From Salinigranum sp. (lineage in GTDB: Archaea > Halobacteriota > Halobacteria > Halobacteriales > Haloferacaceae): a DNA stretch of 64,000 bases. The position numbers and the translations under genes are program-made. This document shows positions 57,380 through 64,000 of the stretch, piece after piece. The notes beneath the pieces are model-generated. The model made no database searches. It had not been told where the DNA came from and saw nothing but the letters and a program-made list of their open reading frames with translations. Numbering within the stretch: the stretch's first letter is position 1; the number at the start of each line of letters is the position of its first letter. The stretch is taken from the NCBI RefSeq assembly GCF_041641895.1, contig NZ_JBEPXO010000002.1, positions 8,814-72,813 of the forward strand. Reading direction: 5' to 3'.

Positions 57380-58261
57380 CTACTGCTCCAGCACTTCGGC
57401 TCCGCGACCGATACGTGTCTGGTAGGCGCGGGCGTCGACGCCCACGTCGCTGAACGCGTCGACCATCGCCCCCGCTACCGCCCGGCGGTCCTCGTCGTAA
57501 CAGGCGGCGATGACTGAGGGGCCGGCCCCGGAGACGGTGACGCCGGTCGCGCCGGCGTCGAAGGCGGCGGTGCGGACCTGCGTGTACCCGGAGATGAGTC
57601 CCGCCCGGGCGGGGGTGACGATTTCGTCGGTCATCCCCTCGCCGACGAGTTCGGGGTCCGACCGGCACATCCCGACGGTGAGGGTCGCCGCGTGGCCCAC
57701 GGTGTCGACGAGGTCCGTCATCTCGGCCGTCGAGGGGACGACCCGCCGCGCGTCGCGGGTCGAGACGGCGATTTCGGGGAGACACGCCACGAGCGGGATG
57801 TCGGCGTCGACGGAGGTGATGCCGCCCCCGGACGCGATGGTGAACCCGCCCAGGAGCGACGGGGCGACGTTGTCGGCGTGGGGTTCGCCCGAGACCACCG
57901 CCTCGCCCTTGGCCGCGACGGGGACCAGTTCCTCCCGCGAGAGCCCCCGGTCGTACAGTTCGTTCAGCGCGAGGGCGGCCGCGGCCGCCGATGCCGCCGA
58001 CGACCCCAGCCCCGACGAGGGACGGACGCCCTTGTTGATGTGGATGTGCGCCGGCGCGTCGAGCGCTTCGGCGACGGCCCCGACGGTGTTGCCGTCGGGG
58101 TCGGTCGGGATGTACGTCGACCCGACGCCGGTCACCTCGATGGACGTCTCGTCGGACTTCTCGACCCGAACGAGGTCCGCGGGCCGGTCGAGGGCGACGC
58201 CGAACACGTCGAAGCCACTCCCGAGGTTCGCGCTCGTCGCGGGTGCCCTGACCGACAGCAT
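57380..58261 (-). CDS. thrB: Homoserine kinase
   Basis: PATSANLGSGFD, KGVRPSSGLGSSAASA, HADNVAP, SGAGPS. Confidence 0.97.
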   Translation of the reverse strand: MLSVRAPATSANLGSGFDVFGVALDRPADLVRVEKSDETSIEVTGVGSTYIPTDPDGNTVGAVAEALDAPAHIHINKGVRPSSGLGSSAASAAAAALALNELYDRGLSREELVPVAAKGEAVVSGEPHADNVAPSLLGGFTIASGGGITSVDADIPLVACLPEIAVSTRDARRVVPSTAEMTDLVDTVGHAATLTVGMCRSDPELVGEGMTDEIVTPARAGLISGYTQVRTAAFDAGATGVTVSGAGPSVIAACYDEDRRAVAGAMVDAFSDVGVDARAYQTRIGRGAEVLEQ

Positions 58262-58434
58262 GCCCCGAGTTTTACGAACGGCGAGTAAAAAGGTAGCGAA
58301 GCGACAGTGTCACCGACGGTCGTGATAACGGCCGACTGCGGCCGTCTCGCGGCCTCTCGAGACGGACGGACCGCCGACGGGTGAGCCGTCCACGAACCAC
58401 AAGGGCCTAACAGTTCTACCTCGAAGCGCGGGCA

Positions 58435-59808
58435 ATGAAACACGTCGTCGGTGGGGGCATCGCGGGCCTCGCCGCCGCCTACCGCCTGCAACAGCAGGGC
58501 CACGACGTCCACGTCTTCGAGGCCTCCGACGCGCTCGGAGGACTCGCCGCGACGTACGGGACCGCTGGTGACCGCATCGAGCAGTTCTACCACCACCTCT
58601 CGAAGTCCGAGGAGACCATCGTGGAACTCGCCCACGAACTGGGCGTCGGTGACCGTCTCGAGTGGCTCGTCGGCGAGAACGCCTACTACGTCGACGGCGT
58701 CGTCCACCCGCTCGACACTCCCTGGGAGATTCTCGCCTACCCTCACCTGTCGCTGTACGACAAGTTCCGGCTCGGGATGCTCACGCTCGGCGTCGACCTC
58801 CGCGAGTTCCCGCCGCGGTTCGACTCCTACGAGTCGCTCGAAGCGTACGAGGACGTCCCCCTCCGGGAGTTCATCGTCGACCACGCCACCGAGGGTGTCT
58901 ACGAGAACTTCTTCGAACCGCTGCTCGACGCGAAGTTCGGCTCCCGGAAGGACGACGTGAGCGCCGCGTGGCTGCTCGGGCGGATCAAGTTCCGCGGCGA
59001 GCGCGATCTGCTCCGCGGCGAGATTCTCGGCTACTTCGACGGCGGCTTCGCGCCCTTCATCGACGCGCTCGTCGACGCGGTCGGTCGGGAGAACGTCACC
59101 ACCGGTGCGCGCGTGACCGACCTCGCTGTCGACGACGGGTCCGTCTCGACGCTGACCGTCGAAACCGACGAGGGGACGGAGACGCACGACACCGACAGCG
59201 TCGTCGTCGCGGCGATGCCGAACGTCCTCGAAGCGCTCTGTGGCTACGAGTGTGACATCGACTTCCAGGGCGCCGTCTGTGCCGTCGTCACGATGGACCG
59301 GCCGCTCACGGACACCTACTGGCTGAACATCGCCCACGACGCGCCGTTCGGGGCGCTCATCGAACACACCAACTTCGTGCCGCCCGAACGGTACGGCGGA
59401 CAGCACATCCTCTACGTCGCCAGCTACATCCAGTCGTACGACGAGCAGCTGTGGCAGGCGTCGGACGAAGAAGTCGAAGAACAGTGGCTCTCCCACGTCG
59501 AAGAGATGTTCCCCGACTTCTCCCGCGAGTCGGTGACCCAGTTCCGCCTCGCGCGCAACCCCCGTGCCGCGCCGGTGTACGAGCGGGGCTATCTGGAGAA
59601 GGTCGTCCCGTACGACCTGAGCGAGGTGGCCGACGGCCTCTACTACGCGGGGATGGCTTCCCGCGCGCAGTATCCAGAACGGTCGCTGAACGGGGGCATC
59701 GTCGCCGGCTTCGAGTGTGCCGACCGCATCGCCGAGCGAGCGGCAGACGGCGGGGAGCCGACGCGCACGGGCGGTCACGTCGGCGAGACGACGCCGCCCG
59801 GTTCGTGA
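58435..59808 (+). CDS. FAD-dependent oxidoreductase (amine oxidase/protoporphyrinogen oxidase-like)
   Basis: VGGGIAGLAAAY..EASDALGGLA, IEQFYHH, YPERSLNGGIVAG. Confidence 0.88.
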   Translation: MKHVVGGGIAGLAAAYRLQQQGHDVHVFEASDALGGLAATYGTAGDRIEQFYHHLSKSEETIVELAHELGVGDRLEWLVGENAYYVDGVVHPLDTPWEILAYPHLSLYDKFRLGMLTLGVDLREFPPRFDSYESLEAYEDVPLREFIVDHATEGVYENFFEPLLDAKFGSRKDDVSAAWLLGRIKFRGERDLLRGEILGYFDGGFAPFIDALVDAVGRENVTTGARVTDLAVDDGSVSTLTVETDEGTETHDTDSVVVAAMPNVLEALCGYECDIDFQGAVCAVVTMDRPLTDTYWLNIAHDAPFGALIEHTNFVPPERYGGQHILYVASYIQSYDEQLWQASDEEVEEQWLSHVEEMFPDFSRESVTQFRLARNPRAAPVYERGYLEKVVPYDLSEVADGLYYAGMASRAQYPERSLNGGIVAGFECADRIAERAADGGEPTRTGGHVGETTPPGS

Positions 59809-59908
59809 GCGAGGACGCGTCCCGCCGCGTCCACGACGGTCACGCGACGGTGACTGTCCGGCAATTCTGACACATAATTGACAAGTGTCGGGCCGTTAGG
59901 GCGTCTGC

Positions 59909-60385
59909 ATGAGCGAACACGGTGACGACCACGACCGAGCGGAGACCGACGACCGACACGACACCGACCTCGAAATCGACCGGGAGACGGGCCAGGCGAC
60001 CATCGTCTACGACCACCCCGAGGAGGGGCGCGTCGAGGAGACTGTCTCGAACGAACAGATCGTCTACGTACAGGACCACTGGGCGTTCGCGTCGGGGACA
60101 GACGACGAGGGGAACGACCTGGTTCGGCGGGTCCCACACACCCGCGTCCACTACGTCGAACGGAGCGTCGAGACGTTCGAGGAAGAGGTCAAGACTGTGC
60201 GCCGGCGGGTCGAGTCGCTCGCCGACGAGGTCCGACAGAAACTCCCGGTGAACCTCGGGGCCCGTGGAGAACGCCGGGGACGGAACGGGTCGGACGAACT
60301 CAATCGAACGTCACCTCAGACCGTCGCCGTCGAGGAGGCGACCGACGGCGACGAGTCTCCCGGTGACTCGGACCGCGACCGGTAG
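59909..60385 (+). CDS. Hypothetical acidic protein
   Basis: 158-aa D/E-rich ORF; EQIVYVQDHW...RRVPHTRVHYVERS core then a predicted helix. Confidence 0.7.
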   Translation: MSEHGDDHDRAETDDRHDTDLEIDRETGQATIVYDHPEEGRVEETVSNEQIVYVQDHWAFASGTDDEGNDLVRRVPHTRVHYVERSVETFEEEVKTVRRRVESLADEVRQKLPVNLGARGERRGRNGSDELNRTSPQTVAVEEATDGDESPGDSDRDR

Positions 60386-60455
60386 AACGAGAGTCGGGAC
60401 CGACGAGCGACGGCCGGGACGTGAGTGACGAACGACGACCGGAGCCGACCCGGTT

Positions 60456-61058
60456 TCAGGCGGTCTTCTCCTCGTCGACGTCCTGCATCCCGGGGGCGGC
60501 GGTGACGTCGACCTCCTCGTCGTCGGGATCGATGGCGTCGCCGACGTGGAGGTTCCCTTCCTCGTCCTCGACGTAGACGTCGTCCGCGAAGCCCCCCTCC
60601 GCGTGGGGGTGTTTGGGTGCGTCGAGCTTCTCGGGAGTCGACGGTGCGCTCGGGACGGTCCGAGTCCGGAAGTCGCCGAGCGGGTCGTCGATGGTGATGT
60701 TCCACTCCTCGAAGAACGCCTCGTAGCGCTCGTAGTGCGCCTCGAGTTCGTCGACGGGGAACTCCATCATCTCGGTCCAGCCGTGGTTGTAGAAGTCGAA
60801 GTTGGCCTGGACGTGGGTCACCTCGCGCGCCTCGGCCTCGGTGAACCCCGCGTCGAGCGCGGCGACGTAGGTGTCGAAGGTGCAGTAGAAGAACGCGGCC
60901 ATGTGGTCCTCCCGCTCCTCGCGGCGGCCCTCGTCGGCCTTCCGGCCGAAGACGTCGACGTGGAGGTCGACGAGTTTGTCGCGGGCGATGTCGCCGACGA
61001 CGGGGGTGGTGAGGGCCTTCTTCGCCGCCCAGTGCCGGAGGTTCTGGCGTATTTTCAT
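60456..61058 (-). CDS. Conserved haloarchaeal protein (DUF6149-like)
   Basis: MKIRQNLRHW; HVQANFDFYNHGWTEMMEFP; HPHAEGGFADDVYVE. Confidence 0.75.
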   Translation of the reverse strand: MKIRQNLRHWAAKKALTTPVVGDIARDKLVDLHVDVFGRKADEGRREEREDHMAAFFYCTFDTYVAALDAGFTEAEAREVTHVQANFDFYNHGWTEMMEFPVDELEAHYERYEAFFEEWNITIDDPLGDFRTRTVPSAPSTPEKLDAPKHPHAEGGFADDVYVEDEEGNLHVGDAIDPDDEEVDVTAAPGMQDVDEEKTA

Positions 61059-61289
61059 CTCGCTCAGACGTTGGAGCGAACTCGGGTAAGGGTTGCGGCA
61101 TCGGGGTCGGCAGCCGACCCGTCCCCGGATTCGGTGCGGTCCGAACTCACCGACGCGGCCGGGCCTGTCGAAGAGGCGACCGTCAGAGCGTCCCGGCGCA
61201 GAGGGACACGCTCGGCGGCCTCTGACCGATTCTCGTGGATGATGCGTGGATAGCAATCCACATTAACCCCGAACTACAACGTCTCGGAT

Positions 61290-62525
61290 ATGACCCAGTC
61301 GTATGTGATCATCGGCGACGGCATCGCGGGGTCGTCCGCGGCCGAGACGCTCCGTGAGGAGGCGCCAGACGCCGATGTCACCGTCATCACAGACGAGGGC
61401 GAGGCCCTGTACAACCGGATCCTCATCAAGGAGTTCGCGAAAGGCAAACTCCCCGAGGCCCCCATCTCCATCCACTCGGACTCGTGGTACGAGGACCGCG
61501 ACATCGACCTCCGGCTGAACACGGTCGTGACGAACGTCGACCCCGACGCCCACACCCTCTCGACCCACGAGGGCGAGGAGATCGAGTACGACAAACTCCT
61601 CGTCGCCACCGGCGGCACGCCGACCCAGTTACCCGTCGAGAACTCCGACGCCGACGGCATCCACCACTTCTGGACGTTCCAGGACGCCCGCGCCATCCGT
61701 GAGCACGCAGAGCAGTCCGACACCGGCGTCGTCGTCGGTGCGGGGCTTCTGGGAATCGACCTCGCCGCCATCTGTGCCGCACAGGGCATCGACGCGCACT
61801 ACCTGATGCGCGGCGAGTGCTGGTGGCGCTACGCGCTGTCGCCCGACGGTGCCGAAATCATCCACGACGCCCTCGAAGAGCGCGGCGTGAAGCCCGTCTT
61901 CGGCTCCGGCGTCGACCACTTCGAGACCGACGACGACGGCCGCGTCGTCGCCACCGTCGACCCCAACGGCGACACCTACGAGTCGGACTTCGTCGGCATC
62001 GCCATCGGTCTCGACTTCAACGTTGAACTCCTCCAAGACACCGACGTCGAGTGCGACGACGGCATCGTCGTCGACGAGTACATGCGGACGAACGACGACG
62101 ACATCTACGCCGCCGGCGACATCACGCAGTTCCACGACGTCATCCTCGGCGAGCAGACCCAGAACGGCGCGTGGGGGTCGGCGAAGGAGCAGGGCACCAT
62201 CGCCGCGAAGAACATGATCGACTACGGCTCCGAGGAGTTCCGCTGGGTCTCGTCGTACTCCATCACCCACTTCGACTTCCCGTTCCTCTCGTTCGGCCAC
62301 CCGACGCTCGGCGACGACGAGGCGGAGCGCAAGTACGAGGACAACACCTGGCGGCGCATCACGTTCAAAGACGGCAAGATCATCGGCGGCGTCCTCGTCG
62401 GCGACCTCTCCGCGCAGTCGGCGTACAAGAAGCTGATGCGCGAGGAACGCGTCGTCTCCGACCAGAAGGACGTCCTCCTGGAGAAGCGCGTCGACCTCGA
62501 CAAGGTGGCGCCGGCCCAGCAGTAA
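61290..62525 (+). CDS. NAD(P)/FAD-dependent oxidoreductase (ferredoxin/rubredoxin reductase-like)
   Basis: IGDGIAG, LLVATGG, VGAGLLG, VDEYMRT...IYAAGD, IIGGVLVGD. Confidence 0.92.
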   Translation: MTQSYVIIGDGIAGSSAAETLREEAPDADVTVITDEGEALYNRILIKEFAKGKLPEAPISIHSDSWYEDRDIDLRLNTVVTNVDPDAHTLSTHEGEEIEYDKLLVATGGTPTQLPVENSDADGIHHFWTFQDARAIREHAEQSDTGVVVGAGLLGIDLAAICAAQGIDAHYLMRGECWWRYALSPDGAEIIHDALEERGVKPVFGSGVDHFETDDDGRVVATVDPNGDTYESDFVGIAIGLDFNVELLQDTDVECDDGIVVDEYMRTNDDDIYAAGDITQFHDVILGEQTQNGAWGSAKEQGTIAAKNMIDYGSEEFRWVSSYSITHFDFPFLSFGHPTLGDDEAERKYEDNTWRRITFKDGKIIGGVLVGDLSAQSAYKKLMREERVVSDQKDVLLEKRVDLDKVAPAQQ

Positions 62526-62665
62526 CGCCGACGACACGCCGCGCTCGGCCGCCCCTCCCGCCCGGACTCCCCGGTCTCTCTCCTCTCCGGCGCCCGGTCA
62601 GTTCTCCCGACGCCCTCGCGGTGTCGACCGACTGTCGTTTTCGGGACAACGCTTATGCGTCGTTG

Positions 62666-62682
62666 TGTGTTACGATAACACA
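62666..62682. promoter_or_regulatory. Perfect 7-bp inverted repeat, operator candidate
   Basis: TGTGTTA-CGA-TAACACA between a TATA-like CTTATG (62652-62657) and the ATG at 62682. Confidence 0.5.
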
Positions 62683-62900
62683 TGTCACGATCTGCCGGAC
62701 CGACGCTCGACGGGTCGGTCACCCTCGTTCCGACTTCGAAGGTGAACGCGAGCGACGAGGTTCGCCACTTCGACCAGCTCACCTCCCGAGCGAAGCGGGT
62801 CGTCGTCGCCGCTGCCGAGGGGCGGTCGTCTCCCGTCTCTGCCCCGTCCCTCGCGACGGTCGACGTCGTCGTCTTCACCGACTACTACCGCGTCGAGTGA
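62682..62900 (+). CDS. Small hypothetical protein (72 aa)
   Basis: TATA-like box about 25 nt upstream; VRHFDQL and VVVFTDYYRV beta-rich tail. Confidence 0.55.
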   Translation: MSRSAGPTLDGSVTLVPTSKVNASDEVRHFDQLTSRAKRVVVAAAEGRSSPVSAPSLATVDVVVFTDYYRVE

Positions 62901-63029
62901 CGCCGTCGGCGGTCCCTTCGAGAACCCGCCCCACCGGGGTGGTGGCGTCGTCCACTGACGGACAGCCGACAGGGCGGACTCCCTGTCCGGAAGCGAAGCC
63001 GTTTTTCGCCACGCCCCGCTTCAGTGAGT

Positions 63030-63449
63030 ATGGACGGCGGTGATTCGAGCGGCACGATGACGCTCGCCTTCGAGTTAGCGGCGCTCAAAGCGCTCTCTGA
63101 CCCGACGGCGGCGTTCTCGGACGCTCGCCAGTGGACCAAGTACGTCGGCGTCGTAAGCGAACAGCCGACGTACGTCGTGACGAACTACACCCGGAAACAC
63201 CGCATCAGACAGGACTTCTTCTCCGGTCCCCGCGGCGTGGTCGAGAGCCTCGAGAACGTCAAACGACAGTTCGACACCGACCGCCACGTCTACGTCGGCA
63301 CCACGGAGGAGGACCGCGCGGCCGCCGAGGAGACCGACTGGGAGTACCTCCCGGTCGAACAGGCCGCCGAGGCCGCCGACTGGCCGCTCGGCGGCGAGGA
63401 CCCGGAAGACGACCCGTTCGAGGATGACGGCCGCGACGACTGGCCCTGA
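63030..63449 (+). CDS. Conserved haloarchaeal protein (DUF7124-like, HAD-like fold remnant)
   Basis: MTLAFEL, DARQWTKYVGVVS, RQDFFSGP, RHVYVGTTEEDRAAAE...WEYLPVE. Confidence 0.75.
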   Translation: MDGGDSSGTMTLAFELAALKALSDPTAAFSDARQWTKYVGVVSEQPTYVVTNYTRKHRIRQDFFSGPRGVVESLENVKRQFDTDRHVYVGTTEEDRAAAEETDWEYLPVEQAAEAADWPLGGEDPEDDPFEDDGRDDWP

Positions 63450-63458
63450 GCAGACTGC

Positions 63459-64000
63459 TCAGGCGCCCAGCGTGCCCGTCGGTGGCCGTGTTCCCCGTGA
63501 CTCCGGACCGGGCCCGTCGCGCAGCTGGACGAACGCGTCGGAGAGGACGGCCAGCAGGTACAGCGTCGAGACGACGTTCACCGTCCCGACGGCGAGACTG
63601 ACGAGGCCGCTCGTCCCCGCGCCGAAGGCGACGCCGAGCGCCGTCCCGAGCACGACGTTCACGAGGAACGTCACGACGAACACGACTCCTAGAAGGACGA
63701 GAACGAGGAGGAACAAGCGGATTCGGTTCCCCTTCGTCAGCCGCCAGCTCCGGCGCATCGCCGTGACGAAGTTCTCGTCCTCGGCGGCGACGTACTGCAG
63801 CATGAACAGGAGGCCGACGTAGGCGACGACTCCCGGGACGACGAGCAGGAGCGTCCCGAGGAAGACGACGAGACCGAACGCGATTCCGCCGACGGCGACG
63901 TTCGCCACGGCGAACACCATCCGGTCGGTCAGGAACCGCCGGGGGACCCGCTCGCGTTCGCCGGCGACGAACGTGCGGACGGCGACGACGGTGACGGTGG
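63459..64000 (-). CDS. Multi-TM membrane protein, C-terminal part; runs off the right edge
   Basis: GTLLLVVPGVVAY...ENFVTAMRRSWRLTKGNRIRLF, the glycerophosphoryl-diester-anchor/DUF7847-like pattern. Confidence 0.75.
   Translation of the reverse strand, partial: TVTVVAVRTFVAGERERVPRRFLTDRMVFAVANVAVGGIAFGLVVFLGTLLLVVPGVVAYVGLLFMLQYVAAEDENFVTAMRRSWRLTKGNRIRLFLLVLVLLGVVFVVTFLVNVVLGTALGVAFGAGTSGLVSLAVGTVNVVSTLYLLAVLSDAFVQLRDGPGPESRGTRPPTGTLGA

Noticed and set aside
1-64000. Many long Arg/Pro/Ala-rich ORFs in the track (e.g. 8173-10350, 24101-26074, 31619-33922, 38956-40884, 48915-50258)
   Set aside because: They are shadow or antisense frames of real acidic genes in high-GC DNA and carry no family motifs.
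1-64000. Search by eye for tRNA, rRNA, CRISPR arrays, IS elements and integrases
   Set aside because: No cloverleaf, spaced repeat array, terminal inverted repeats or DDE/tyrosine recombinase motifs were seen. A tRNAscan-SE/Infernal run would be needed to exclude ncRNAs.

Overview
High-GC haloarchaeal chromosomal segment (acidic proteome, archaeal TATA promoters, mostly leaderless starts). No rRNA, tRNA, CRISPR array, transposase or integrase was recognised. The core backbone comprises aIF-2beta-TRAM, aIF-1A, the aIF-5A/agmatinase/Nif3/deoxyhypusine synthase cluster, Hsp20-UbiB kinase, moeA1-moeA2, hemA-sirC-ahb, two cis-prenyltransferase genes, DUF92-GNAT, dnaG, pdxS, panE and thrB. Accessory patches lie at about 3.9-16 kb (USPs, crtI/brp, frameshifted DUF892 ferritin-like gene, bicupin, ArsA), 27.9-29.5 kb (two REC-HalOD1 regulators), 36-38 kb (Tat-secreted choice-of-anchor I phosphatase) and 43-53 kb (SSS and APC transporters, YqcI/YcgG plus cysteine hydrolase, Tat protein, CARF-like regulator). 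The best leads are: (1) a 33-aa, net +18 peptide gene missed by the ORF track, with its own TATA box and Shine-Dalgarno (11155-11256); (2) a DcsA/GntA-family heme guanidino N-hydroxylase candidate coupled to a cysteine hydrolase (45965-47374); (3) an opsin-less crtI/brp divergon with a Bat-UAS-like site; (4) two decayed genes. Family names come from motif recognition and recall, not from database searches.
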